Origin: Haliotis cracherodii
Lineage: Eukaryota
DNA length: 64,000 bases
Direction of reading: 5' to 3'
Assembly (NCBI RefSeq): GCF_022045235.1
Contig: NW_027266264.1
Span: 49,972,001 to 50,036,000 of the forward strand
Both the position numbers and the translations under genes were made by a program. Below are positions 1 to 13,196 of this stretch, piece by piece; the first letter of the stretch is position 1, and each line of letters begins with the position of its first letter. The notes under the pieces were generated by a model, which had not been told where the DNA came from, ran no database searches, and saw only the letters and a program-made list of their open reading frames with translations.

Positions 1-431
1 TTTCTTGTGGTAGTTTTATGAAGTCTGATTTAACTTGCAATATCCCAACGACTGAGGTCTGGTAACGGTAGTTTGTTTCATGCTATGAATCTGTTTCACA
101 ATGAGAAATATGATTCCATATTTAACATCTACATCAAGATAAGATGAAAATATTCCATTCCGTGCCTATTCGTGAGTTGGAGGTGAGTGAGTGTTTTGTT
201 GTTTTACGCCGCAATCAGTTTTATTCCAGTTATATCACGGCGGGTGAGTGAGGGAATGTTACTTGATAACTTTTATCTGCATTCCAGAAATATCATTCCG
301 AGAACAGATATAACAGATTATTCAAATGTCGGGAATCGATGCCTGTCTACCGCATGAGAAAAAGTATGGCCACCACCTGATACTGATTACTTCAACAGAT
401 CGGGGGCTCGGGGGACCCAGTCGCCCAAGGC

Positions 432-612
432 GCCGCAATTCGTTGTGTCCCTTAGGCACGCCAGAAACCTATGATTGTGGGTTCGAATCCCGGTTCTCCC
501 CGATTATGTTTCTAGGTCTGTCAGTACCATACCCGAGACCTGCATCACTTCGGGCTTTCCTCCCACATTAAGCTGCCATGCCGCGATATAACTGGACTCA
601 CTTACTCACTCT
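432..612 (+). mobile_element. SINE family D (V-domain-like core)
   Basis: B-box-like GGTTCGAATCC, core CACTTCGGGCTTTCCTCCCACA and (ACTC)n tail; related copies at 28580-28825 (-), 62790-62970 (+) and, degenerate, 13270-13500. Confidence 0.65.
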
Positions 613-2024
613 GTTCTACAGATCCATACATGCAGCTATGTAGACACTCTTCGCCATGTTCTGTGACCTGGGACGTCGACAGATTCCAAACACGCGTGCA
701 GTTGATTGACGAAGCAGTATAAAACAAAAACTGACTCCACTTAAGTTACCTTCCGAGCATGTAACATTCTGACAGGAAGGGACAAACAATGGTTTTACAC
801 CAACACACTTTTAACCAAGCCTTAAACCGGGACAGTGGAGGGCCTTATAAGCAGTATTATGTGATTCCAGTCGCCGTCTTATAGCTGGAATGGTGAGGCG
901 TTCATACAACAAACAAACAATAGTTACTAAAACATCTGGCGTCCAATCATAACGACCGCGTTTACAAAAACACAAGTACAGAGCACCTAAAGTACTCATG
1001 GAAATGAAAAAGAAACTGTTTTGCTGGATTTAATAATCGACACAAAGCATTACGTAGATGTAAATACGAAATAACAAAACAACTGGAAAAGTATTAGTCC
1101 GGATTTACTAGTTTTATCTCAGTGCTCAATACAAAATGTACTTTACAGGGGGTAATTTGCAGGTAACTTTCAACATTCAAAAATAAAACTAAGTCCAAAT
1201 TGACATGACAGAAACAGGCTATAGGCATTATGCAAATTAGCCTGGAAAAAAGTTATCAAAACAACAATAAAAATAACAGCTATGTTTCTGTACATAATAA
1301 TAATGCCATATAAGTTGTTGTTTGAGAAGGGAATATGTTACTTTGACGTTCTGATATTTTGACGATGATTCACTATCCCACAATGCCACAAATCACTAAC
1401 CACTGACAAATCACATGCACGTGGGTTACAAGCACTTGTTTTCACCTGTCGTCAAGGTGTCATAGGTCATGGACATTCACTTGATCTACTAACACCTGGT
1501 TATGCTCAGTTTCACAATAGTCTGTTTTGTTCATACTTTTACACACTTTTACGTGTAAAAAGACTTTAAAACCTTTGATACGCTGTATTTGTGCCAAGGC
1601 CCAATTAGTACTAATTGAGTTGTTTGAATATTTTTATATTTTGTACATTAACTGCATTTATTTAAAATCTGAGATCGAAAATACATTTTTTTTTCATTTC
1701 CGTGAGTACTTTAGTTACACATGGTGGCTAGGAATGTGTATGCTATATAAAACCTGCAAACAGGTATATATGTAACCTTAAGAGACGTTCAGTTGGATGT
1801 AAGAAAGCACTTCAGCGCGATGAAGACCATATTATGTCTAGCTAAAAGTAATACAAAATACGTATGCACTTCCAAGATACTACTATCCCATTTACTACGC
1901 TTAGTTCTCAAAACCTCATTGATTGTAGCACGATTTCTTACGTCGGTAATTGGATAACCTGGCATAAAATGACTTGTACTTTTGGTTCTTTGGCGACGTA
2001 TTGGTGCAAAATTCAATGTAAAAA

Positions 2025-2191
2025 GGGGTGGTGGTGTAGCCCAATGGTTAAAGCGTTCGCGTGTTAGGCCGAAGACCAGGGTTCGGTTCCCCTTCAAAGG
2101 TACACTATGCAAAGCCCATTTCTGGTGTCCCACGCGGTAACATCGCTGGAATATTACTAAAAGCGGCGTAAAAACATACTCACTCTTTCAC
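2025..2191 (+). mobile_element. tRNA-derived SINE family A
   Basis: tRNA-like head (GTAGCCCAATGGTTAAAGCG...GGTTCGGTTCC), body AAGCCCATTTCTGGTGTCCC, tail GCGGCGTAAAA-(ACTC)n; TSD-like TCAATGTAA at 2013-2021 and 2192-2200. Confidence 0.9.
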
Positions 2192-2495
2192 TCAATGTAA
2201 GACTCTTGGTACAAATGTACATATGAAATATGTTGAATTTGACAATTCTTGACATAGCAACTGACAAAGGATCATGGCACTGCAAATAGCATTATTCAAT
2301 TATATCGTAAATCATATTTTTCAAAGGAATCATCAAATCTAATTGATTTGGTTTTAATTGTTTGATAAATAATTACATTTTCCATTACTTTATTCTGTTA
2401 AATTGCTCACAAATTCACTTTTCGGGCTAGTCAGTATTCCAAAATGTTTAGTCCCCACACAAGGTCCCCAGTACTCCATAAGGTCATCCAATTAC

Positions 2496-2686
2496 AGTTG
2501 ATCTTCAGCATCCCATCCCATCCCATGCATATGCGGGATCGGGTGTCTTGATTAATGTATGTCATCATATCCCAATTGCGTACATCGATGCTCAAGCTGT
2601 CAGCACTTGATTGTCTGGTCCAGACACAATAATTTACAGGATTGCCGTCATAGAGCTGGAATATTGGGTCGCTAAACAAACAAACA
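2496..2686 (+). mobile_element. SINE-like family B, degenerate
   Basis: Matches 52771-53048 (GGGATCGGGT...CCCAATTGCG...GATTGTCTGGTCCAGAC...GCTGGAATATT) with (CAAA)n tail. Confidence 0.75.
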
Positions 2687-3395
2687 TAAGTGTCGTAAAG
2701 GCCCATTTAACTAGGAAGTTGTGGTCACAAAGAGTGCGCACGACCCGATCAAGTGTGGGCAATCGCACGCCAAAAAAGCACTAAAAACTTTACGATCTGC
2801 GTGATTCAGTTTCGATTTAAGTTCATAACTGACATACCGTTTGTAGCTGTGTTAAACGTAACTCACCACTCCTGGCTGTAAAGTGTATTCTCATTGAAGG
2901 AAAATGTAAAGTCTATTACCGTCGGTACTTTGAGTTTTCTCCAAACATTAAACTGGCACGTTGTAACTAAAGCGCCGTTAAACCCGAATTACAGTCTAAA
3001 CCTTTCAGATTTTGCCCATTGAAGAAAATGTAAAAGTGTAAAGTAATTTCTGCCGTCTTTCCATTTTAAGCTGGTACGCCGTAAATTAAGTGAAATACTG
3101 TTCAACTCAGAGTCGTACCCTCTATGTATACACAACGGTTGATAACAGTCGTGATTAATTCTATATTCGTCACACTATAAGTGACGTCGTATGGCAGGAG
3201 TACTGTTGTGCAGTGTTAGGCAATAACAGACACTGACATGTACCTTTTTTATGCAAATCGTGTGAGTGGCGGGAGAGCAGGATATGCTTATTCTCTTCGC
3301 GACCACCTGGTGTCATGATTGATCCATTCACAATTTTGCCTTATTAGCCCGATGGAATATGTTTCGGCTGATAATGATAATTTATAGTTATTTGA

Positions 3396-3565
3396 GTGTG
3401 TGTGTGTGTGAGTATGGTTTTACGCCGCTTTTAGCAATATTCCAGCAATATCACGACGGGGGACACCAGAAATGGGCTTCACACAGTGTACCCATGTCGG
3501 GAATCGAACCCGGATCTTCGGCGTGACGAGCGAACGCTTTAACCACTAGGCTACCCGACCGCCCC
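3396..3565 (-). mobile_element. tRNA-derived SINE family A, full length
   Basis: Reverse complement of the family A consensus; 13-bp TSD TATAGTTATTTGA at 3383-3395 and 3566-3578. Confidence 0.95.
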
Positions 3566-6318
3566 TATAGTTATTTGAACTAGACCGATGTTTCTGTCAG
3601 TCGCAGTAGTCAACAATGCTGAGTCAACCTCAGACGAAATGTTTGGGTCGAGACATTAAAACTGACACCAACACCACATGTACTGATGTCTGGTATACTC
3701 TGCTTGGCAACAAAGTTCCAGATCAACAATGCTTCTTTATGACGTTCGTGAACAAAACATGTTGTGATGCTTTAAGACTCTCTTGCAGTAGTGACAGTTG
3801 ATTAAATCATATCGAATTATGATCTTGAAATTAAAAAGACGAGAATCATGGATCAGTTGTTCACTTTTGGGACTTTCACAATGAACTGAGGAGTTTCATG
3901 ACACGCACATTGTAAAGGATATGACAAATGTACACCAACAATTCCTTCATAGTTTCATTTGACGATAATATAGAACAAATGAAAAGGACAGTACTTCTGG
4001 CATACTGTTTTGAGATAACAAAACTTGCATGTTCCTTTTTGACCAAGGAACATACATATGCACGTCAAATGCAAAAAGGAATGTTCAAAAGCGAAAAAGC
4101 GATAGCACAATGAACGAGATTTCCTAAAGTACTTACAATGAATAATTGCTGTGTTTCGCTGGTATTTATGTTATAACAGATGGAAATAAGAAAGGTAAAA
4201 AAATAAGCACGTCCTCATCATTGAAAATGAATAATGACAGCAAGAGGAGCGATAATTTCTCGAATGGCGTCATCTAGCTGTCAACGGAAAAAATACTTCT
4301 TGTTGAAATCATTATTGCTAGCACTGCGTAGATTATCTCGGCAGTGGAAGAAACACATTTTAAATAAAAAGGTGTATAATACTGCATTATAATAGAACAT
4401 TATCCATGCACTAAGAATCGAATTAGGAAGGAAATAAGCAAATTATCTCTTTTTGTGTTGTTCTGTTTGCTAATAATACGGTTACGTCGTTCCTGTCAAA
4501 TAGAATAATAAGTCACGTCCTTATTCATTCCAAAATAATAAAATAAACGACATTCTTGACATTACCCAGGACGTCTACATCGCATCCTGGATGTTTTACG
4601 TCTCAAAAGCCATTTATAAAGTTCATACCTATTAATCATAGCACAAAATAAATATAAAACGTCAACGCCAGAGAACAACCGGTCTCGATTAAAATAAAAA
4701 CAATCAAGTTATTATCATTAGTGAACAAGATGACCCGTTGCACTATACAAGGGCAACGCAATCAATTCGCTGTGTGGAGTTGCTTCCCTTTGTCCTGTCA
4801 GGATCCTCTATTGAGTTTATCTTTTCAATGACACCTAAAGGATATTTTAGTTAGTGTGGTTAAGTTTGATATAATGAAGGACAGCTGGTTGTAGAAGTTT
4901 ACCACGTTGTTGAGCACGACTATGGGTGCTCCCAAGCCAAGAATCATAGCATGGTGAATTTGGGATTCGAACTATGGGCAGTTGATCATTACACAAATCT
5001 GTTTCGCTAACACTCCGTGGTATAACTTAACTGCTACTCAAAACGGCTTTAAACCAAAAACATATCGCGTCAATGGAAAGAATACAAATGCACGAATGCT
5101 AGTTGATCTAAGTTGTGCTGAATCGTCACAATGCTGGTGACATATCGGAGGAAAATATTGAGATTCCGTAAAAATCACTCCTGAACAATGAAAGATAAAT
5201 AAATAAAATAAGAGATATTTTGAAAGTACTTATCGTCCGCTGAAGGTAGTGCTAGATTTACCTATATGTCAGCTCCATAATTATTATTTAGTTCAATACT
5301 AATTCCACATGGTAAAAACTTCTCGCGGTTCAAACATACCGCAAGCCAATGTGAATGACGTTGCATTGGTTGTTGACAATACGATCCTATTATACTTATA
5401 CTCAGACAATAATGGACATGTTCCTATTTGAATACCCCCTGTTTCCTGGCGAGAAACCTCAGACTTGTTGCCTCAGCAGCAATGTGTGACATAACCTCAG
5501 GCCCTTTCCCCATCATTGAGGTCAGGAATTCGTGAATTAGATTTGAACCGTTTCGCCTTTCATGTTGCCACAGACAAGTTCTTCACCTACTTTGTTGAGA
5601 GTGCGGTGGCATATTGCCTAGTTGTGTACCTCCCAGGAGGCATACATTCTAGCTGAGTGCTAGACCATCGCTGTGTAATGACGGATTGCAAAGAACTATG
5701 ATACTGGCCGCTGCACATTCATCTTGTCCTCAGATAACTGTTGATTGCTTAATATTTCTTGACCGACCTATCTGACTCATCTGACTCTCAATTATCTTGA
5801 TATTATATATACGAAATAATGATTGCTTTAAACATATTTATTTTCGCAAAAATGTGAAAATGGATTGGTAAACACGCTTATTTTGATACCGCTCCATTAC
5901 AATCAAGACATGCTACAAGGATGTTACATCGATGAAGGTTAAATGTAACAAATGAATTGTACATACCAAACTAGATGTGTATCTGTAATACATCTATTTG
6001 CAGATTATATTAAACAATTCATTTTATTGGAAATCTGCCAGTTTGTAATATGGAGTTTTGAAAAGAATCTAATATTTTGATGTGCTCTTGCTTTCTCAAA
6101 TACAATTTTCCGCATAGCACTGTTTGTAAAATATTACCATGTCTGTGAAATTACATTTTCATTTCGAAGAACATAGTAATTTGTACACACAAAAAACAAG
6201 TGTAAAGCATCTTCGGTATGATATCCTCAGGAACAAGTTTTTGTATCCAAGATATATCTATCATACTGATCTGCGTTAAGATCGCTGCAGCCAAGTCTGA
6301 GGCGACTGTGAATAATTA

Positions 6319-6472
6319 GGAGATAAACATACTGTGTTTTCAATGTAGAGCTAGGTTACCTGTAGATTTAACCCCGCTAAATTGAATTTGGAACCGAACG
6401 CGTGTTAAATTTAGCGCGGTTAAATCTCCAGGTAACATAGCTCTACATTGAAAACACAGTATGTTTATCTCC
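6319..6472. mobile_element. Palindromic MITE-like hairpin
   Basis: About 64-bp near-perfect inverted arms GGAGATAAACATACTGTGTTTTCAATGTAGAGCT... / ...AGCTCTACATTGAAAACACAGTATGTTTATCTCC around a short spacer. Confidence 0.8.
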
Positions 6473-7165
6473 ATTCTACCATGACTAAATAAAACGCGAA
6501 CTCTTTGGTGTTAGCAAATATACTGAGTGAAGCGGCATGGGTTGAGTTCAGTGTTTTGAGTGGGTTATCGATCTGAATTACGGAATCACCGAACAAAATA
6601 TGGTGCTGTGTATACTCAAGCAGTTTGTTTACACCGTAATACTTCACTCGAACATATGACAGGCATTGAAAGTATATAATCACGGCAACTTGGTAAGCTA
6701 ACATGAGGTGGGCATCCCTAAAGAAAACAAAGCAAGCTTCGCAAGGCTTTCGCTCTACATCGCAAGTCACCATTATGACGTCACATCGCTCATTGTGACG
6801 CAAAAGATATGACGTCAGAGTCGTATATAGAAAAGCGCCAAAATTCCAAGCTCTCTGTTGTCTCCAAAACGTAAATACATTCCCTTTGTTGATTTCTGTC
6901 GTATTTTTCTGCACGAAATGTATTGCCACACATCCTTTGAATATTGTAGTAACCGCATCTGTGCATTTTGTAACCTGTAATTGTAGATATAATTATTTAA
7001 ATGTGCCTACCGACAATGACTGAAAATAGTACTATTCTATCAATTTTAGCTTCCGCGGTGATGCGGCCGTCAAACCAGCTGTTTCAATCAGAGGGGGTTT
7101 ATTGTGATTTGATAGCCTCTGATTGACCAATCAGAATCGAGTAAATTCCAAATTCATGGTAGAAT
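6473..7165. mobile_element. Non-autonomous DNA-transposon-like element
   Basis: 12-bp terminal inverted repeats ATTCTACCATGA (6473-6484) / TCATGGTAGAAT (7154-7165); non-coding interior with TGACGTCA and CTGATTGACCAATCAG motifs. Confidence 0.55.
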
Positions 7166-7413
7166 TTGCCATAACCTGTTTCCATTATTTAAATCCCAGT
7201 GTCTACCATTTTCTCCCCTTACGTGAAGAAAATTCTTAAATTCTGTAACGGTTTTCCGGTAACACATTCCAAAGTTGTTTTGTAGCTGGTATAAATGAAT
7301 CTGCATAAGCACAAAGATATTCCGGGGAGAAATGGTTATTCATTTTGTAAAACATTACCAGTTTTGACTTGTATCTTCTTTTAATGACTTACGCTTTGTT
7401 TCATTGTGAATCT

Positions 7414-7545
7414 GACTCGTGAAGAATAGCGTGGATCGATGCTCATGATGTCAATCAGTGGATTGTCTGGTACAGACTCGATTATCTTATAGACCGCCGT
7501 CATATAGCTGGAATACTGCAGAGTGCGGCGTATACAACAAACAAA
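7414..7545 (+). mobile_element. SINE-like family B, internally deleted, nested in LINE
   Basis: 12-bp TSD CATTGTGAATCT at 7402-7413 and 7546-7557; family B 3' half with (CAAA)n tail. Confidence 0.88.
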
Positions 7546-8653
7546 CATTGTGAATCTTCTGGTGACTCGTATCCCGGACAGAGCCAAATATGGTTCTAAG
7601 AGCATCTCAGTTTAATTTTTCCAATAAGTTAGTTTGTTTATTAGTACAGTTGTCACAAATATGACAACAATAATAAAAAAATGGTAAAATAAATGATTTG
7701 AACATAGTTTCCAAGGTAGTTTCGGAGGGACGATATTTATAACTTCTTAAACAGTTAACCAAAAGGCAACATTTCCTTGCAATATCATCAATGTGCATTT
7801 TCCATGTATAACTACTTTGGTAAGTAATACCAAGGTGCTTATGACCTTGTACATCTCTGTACCATTCATATGTAAGTTAGGTTTGCGACTAGGGTTTACT
7901 ATACGGGTAAATTAAATAGCTTCATTTTTTTTCGGGACAAGATTTAACTTGCCATCTTGCAGCCCATTCTGAAATTCTGGTCAAGTCATTTTTTAAGATC
8001 ACGAGCAGCTATATCAGGATTCTTCTATGAGCACATACAAGGATGTGTCATCAGCAACAAGTCTTATATTACTATTTATTTCTTCAACAATGTCATTGAT
8101 ACAGATGATAAACAATAATGGTCCCAAGGCCGCGCCCTGTGGCACACCTGTCTAGACAGCTTTTGGATCTGAGCTACCTTTTTTCACTACCTTTTGATAT
8201 CGATTTTCTAAGTAACTATCAAACTATCTCAATATATTTCCACAGATCCCATTATCTTATCAATTATTCCTGTGTGCCAAACTTTATCAAAAGCTTTACT
8301 TACGTCACAACATACAGCTCTAACTTCCTTACCTCCATCTAAAGCCCTTGCAATAAAGTCATATGAATATGTCAACTGATTTGAGGTGGAGTCTCCCTAC
8401 GTGAATCGAGATTGTATGTCAGTGAGCACATTATCATACCTTAAATAATTGTACACATGTTTAAATAAACATTTTTCAAATATCTTTGCTGAACAACTTG
8501 TGAGCGCAACCGGTCTGTAATTAATACATTCATTCACGGTATTCTTTTTATGAGTAGGAATGATAAGAGCTTCTTTCCATAATGATGGGAATATTGCTCG
8601 TTGAAGAGAGAAATTGAATAGTTTAGTAGGAATTGGAGCTAAACTGTAAACTG

Positions 8654-9377
8654 CTAACATACAAAAAATCAAATGTAGAACCCAGACCTATGCTAAATCA
8701 TTTCTTCCGGATACGATTAATCTGTGGAACGCTCTACCCAATGAAGTTACTAATTCTTGCTCATTAAAAGAATTCAAATCCTTAATTAATCGTTCTGATA
8801 CAATTATTAATAATTTTGACCTAAAATACGGTCATAGATCATGCCAATTAATTGTCCACTGTCGCCTTAGGCTCGGCTGCAGTGACCTAAACGCTGGTAA
8901 GTTTAGACGACATGTATCAGACATATCAGACTGCACTTGTGGGTATCACTATGAAGACGCAATTCACTTTTTCTATACCTGTCAAAAATACCATAATATC
9001 AGAAACACTGTGTACTTCTACACACATGCTTATGATTTAAAAACGGTATTACATGGCAATAGTTCAGTTAGCAGTTCTACAAACATGACTATTCTTAAAT
9101 CAGTTCACGATTTCATTGTCAAAAGCAAAAGATTCGAGTAGCTTAATTTTATGCATGTAGTAATGGAAAACTGCTATATCTTATTTCAAAGACACCACTT
9201 GTATTGGATTCATATATATTTCATTTGTGTATTTAGTATGTTTATGTTTAGCACTTTTTTACATATAATCTGATATATAACCAGCTGTTGTAAAGTTATT
9301 ACCTGGAGAGGTATTTACATAAACTTTTGCTTGTTTACCGATCCATATTTCTTTTGAAATAAAAATATGTTTAAACC
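8654..9377 (+). mobile_element. 5'-truncated CR1-like LINE 3' end nested in the opposite-strand LINE
   Basis: KSFLPDTINLWNALP...HCRLRLGCSDLN...CTCGYHYEDAIHFFYTC (C-terminal Cys/His motif) followed by 3' UTR; 12-bp TSD AACTGTAAACTG at 8642-8653 and 9378-9389. Confidence 0.9.
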
Positions 9378-10925
9378 AACTGTAAACTGTGTTGTTAAGT
9401 ACTTTATTTCCAATACAATCAGGGCCAGTTGCCTTTTAGGTGTCCACGGACAGTAGTATATCCCTAACTTCATCTTCCAGCAAAATTATATTTACTAATA
9501 GATTATCAACTTTATCTAATTCTGCGCGTGGAAGGTGCATATCAGGATTACATATGCGAGACTGGTCCACAAAGGAGCTATTGAGAATATTACCTATATC
9601 CATGGAATTATCATACAACCTATCCCCAAACGTAATTGGGGGAAAATTGTGTTTTGCAGTTTGAAGTTTAAGAAATTCCTTTACAACACGCCACCAAGTA
9701 CCTTGAGAACTATTTATTACAGTATCAATTTTAGATGCATATTCTTTCTTTGCTTTACGGACATAGTCGATTACTTTATTTCTTAACAGCCTAAAATTTG
9801 CCCAATCAGCGAGCATTACGTCTTTTAGCTTTCTTATGTTGGCGATTTCGTTTTCTTATTGAGGAATGTATTTTATTATGAATCCACTATGGACCCTTTG
9901 ATCGTATGATAACAATTTTATTAGGAATATGTTTATCACAAACTTTTATAATTCGAGATGTAAGTTTGTCAGTAATTGTGTTAACATCCTTTGATGAGAA
10001 TAATAAAAAAATCATTATCAATATTCAGCAAGTCGTTATTTAAACCATCTAGGTCTGCTTTACACTTTACGTTTAAAGGAAAGACATTTAGGGATTGTTT
10101 CTTTTATGGTCACAAGAAATTGACAGTGGTCACTACAAACTGGATCAAGTACTCCCGAATCCCGTACACTATCAATGTCTGTCACAAAATGTAAACCTAT
10201 CAACGTACTGAAATTTTGGGTGATCCTCGTAGGTTCTCTAATAATTTGTGAAAGTCCATGCACCTTTTGCAAATATTCGATTTTGGGATTATTCTCTCGA
10301 AGTATATCTACATTAAAATCTCCTGCAATTACAGTGTACGATTCATATCAACTGCGCTTCCTATTGATTGATCAATTAGTTCCCAATTGCAAAACGCTTC
10401 ACTCTTATCTGCACGATAAACACGACCAATTAAATAATAATAACCATACTCGTGTATCTGTCATAAATAAATGAATTGATGTCACACTATCATTGGAAGT
10501 GTGAAGTCAAAGAGTCACAGCCGTGTTCAAATTTATGATTTAGGATGAAGCCAGTAATATAAACAACAGGATTATGGCTGAATGGGGTCTTTGATGAGTT
10601 TATGGTGGCTTGGGTTGTCACGGATGAGGTCTGATAGAGCTGATTTAGAGTCATCTTTGGAGACTGAGCATTCAGTAAGAGAGAGTCACAGCCCTCACCA
10701 CCAACCTCAAAGACTTCAAAATCAGGAAGCTACAAGAAGTCATCTACATCAAAAGACTCCAGCCGTCAATCAACCGTGACCAAGGCTATTGCATACCCCC
10801 GGTGTACCATCAACTCACCAAAGACCCCAATCAGCCATAATTCCGTTGTTTATATTACTGGCTTCATCCTTTGTTTCTGTCACTGACTTCACCTATGATT
10901 GTCATCACTACCCTTGTGTATACGT

Positions 10926-11094
10926 GGGGCGGTCGGGTAGCCGAGTGGTTAAAGCGTTCGCTCGTCACGCCGAATACCCGGGTTCGATTCCCGACATGGG
11001 TACAATGTGTGAAGCCCATTTCTGGTGTCCCCCGACTTGATATTGCTGGAATATTGCTAAAAGCGGCGTAAAACAATACTCACTCACTCATTCA
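10926..11094 (+). mobile_element. tRNA-derived SINE family A nested in the Penelope remnant
   Basis: Full consensus; 13-bp TSD CTTGTGTATACGT at 10913-10925 and 11095-11107. Confidence 0.95.
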
Positions 11095-11204
11095 CTTGTG
11101 TATACGTAACAGGCTTCCCTACTCCAGTATAACAATATCTAATCTACTGTATAAACATTGCCTAGTACTTGTATATATACTTGTCAACCACACTCTGTAT
11201 ACCA

Positions 11205-11246
11205 CTTGCTTGATAACGGTGTTAGAACCTACACCGAAACGACGCT
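11205..11246 (+). ncRNA. Minimal hammerhead ribozyme-like motif (PLE type, probably degenerate)
   Basis: TTGATAA-C-GGTGT-loop-ACACC-GAAACGAC; U3-A8 core variant; the cleavage-site U appears changed to A. Confidence 0.55.
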
Positions 11247-13158
11247 CTTAATTGTAATAAAGAAGTTGTTCAACCATAAATTCTTATCCTTACTCGTTTA
11301 ACGCTCTTAAAAATCTGCTGGCCTTATAATTATATGTGGCTTTAGATGAATTGTCACTTATAACGAGTCCCTTTATCACACAATTGACGTTGTGATGCTT
11401 AACATATAATTGTTATGTTATTTGGGACCGTCAATAGGAACAACTACAACCTGTTCATGTAGGGCAAACAGACTTCAGAACTGTAGAACTAACACCTGTG
11501 TGGGACACAATTGGTTTGTTCCAATTCTGTACCCCCTTTTCGGCTTGTGCTTTTACCAATAACAACATCACGCATTGTCTAAACCAACTCAATAAAGATA
11601 CATTCAACAGATTCATCTTCTCTAATGGCCAAAAATTGGCATGCCCTTCGACAGCGTCCATAAGTATTTGAAAGTTGTGATTCCAATTGATAGCAGGTTG
11701 TTCACGATCTTTTGAGCGATATTGGAATAGCTGACGAAGGTCATCAGAGTCAAAATTAGAGAATTACCTGTGACTATTTGACGAACACGTTGGTAGCAGT
11801 ATAAAGAGAAAGTATAAAGCTACAAGTAATGTAATTGATATCAAGAACTTCCAAGACCACGTTTGTTTTTCAGTGCTGTTATTTATATCTCTCAGCGGTC
11901 CCCTTTTCTTATGCCTGTCCGTGGATTTCCCCGTGGACGTAAACGTTCTCGACACGTGTTGCTTAGTTGATAATTTCCTTCAGATGAAATACTGTTAAAA
12001 AGGCGCTTAATCCAACGCTACATCTGACAACAAACATTGAATTCATTGGGAAACTCTCTATGACCTTTAGTTTTGACACCACGGTTAAGCAACTATTCCT
12101 GAAAGCTTTCAAGTATCCTATCAGTGTAAATATAGACATCTTTTAAGGGTTACAATGCTTCCAGAAATAGATATATTTCTATAACCATAGCGCCAAATGA
12201 TGTCTTTTATCTGAATTTAAGGTTCAGAGCGACACAATTGGTATGTCCTGACCGTGACAGGTTCGGTCAACGTCTTCAGGACTTGCGCAAGAAAACGACT
12301 TTTATGTTATATTTATAACACTTATATGTTACTCAAGCACTGTCTATTGTACAGATATCACCCTAGACTGCAAGCGGCGACATAACTGGAGCCATCCAAA
12401 GCCGTATGTAACACAGTGACGTCAGAATGTTAAATCAGTTCATTGTAGGATATGAAAGGTTAAGGGGATTAGTATTACTCTTAGTGTTCTGGATATATCC
12501 ACAGACGGAATTTGTAAATAAAACATGCATGCATCAATATAGTTTCCTCATTGTATGCGTGTGTGCTAATGACAATGTGGTCTGTGGGAGTCATGCCTCG
12601 TGTCTCTAGGGCAAACATGTTGCCGATGTGACATTCCTCAAATGTTTCGTTTGAATGAAAAGAATCGAAGGGCTACCTAGTTTGCATTACGTTAATCCGT
12701 CAGTATTGTTAAAATACTTTAGAATTTGATGTGTCTGTCATAAAACCTGAATATTCTTCCTGTGAGATAGTCAAACATGCTGGTAACACTTTCCGGCAGG
12801 GTATCCTGGCGAATTCATCATAACGCCTTAACAATCCTTCATAATCTATATGCCAAGATGTTTGGAGGGACATTTAATGTTGATGAAAGGTCACCACCAA
12901 ATAAATGTATGCTTATAGGTCAGCTTTGCCTTCTTCGTTGTGTGGCGTTCAAAGAAATCGCATTGCGTAGTGGAGCCACTTTCGGTAGAAGTGTCATTAG
13001 ACCTTCACGGTAGGGACTGTTAGATTGCTTAGTGGTTAAGGCGTTGGCTTTTCACGACGAAGACCGGGTTGAATTCCCTGTATGGGTAACATTATACCCA
13101 CGCTACTGATACTACAGAACAATTCGCCCCTCTACTACATTGTATTACTACTCCTAGT

Positions 13159-13196
13159 CCTCCTCCTCCTCCTCCTCCTCCTCCTCCTACTACTAC
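13159..13196. repeat. (CCT)n/(ACT)n microsatellite
   Basis: Seen directly; flanked by a family A 5' fragment (~13010-13095) and a degenerate family D copy (~13270-13500). Confidence 0.9.

Larger units (their letters stand above)
7170..10450 (-). mobile_element. CR1/L2-type LINE ORF2 relic (APE + RT), interrupted
   Basis: APE motifs AGDFNVD, IREPTRIT, CSDH (10100-10340); KATGPDCIGN; FPSLWKEALIIPTHKK...NYRPVALTS; VPQGAALGPLLF...VADDTSL (8040-8150); many stops and frameshifts. Confidence 0.92.
10490..11290 (+). mobile_element. Penelope-like element remnant (GIY-YIG C-terminus, inverted pLTR piece, 3' end)
   Basis: KIRKLQEVIYIKRLQPSINRDQGYCIPPVYHQL at 10718-10816; inverted repeat 10542-10606 / 10806-10870; hammerhead-like motif and AATAAA near the 3' end. 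Confidence 0.8.

Noticed and set aside
10926-11000. tRNA-like sequences (heads of SINE families A and C)
   Set aside because: They continue into SINE bodies and tails with TSDs, and I see no complete acceptor stem; these are not tRNA genes.
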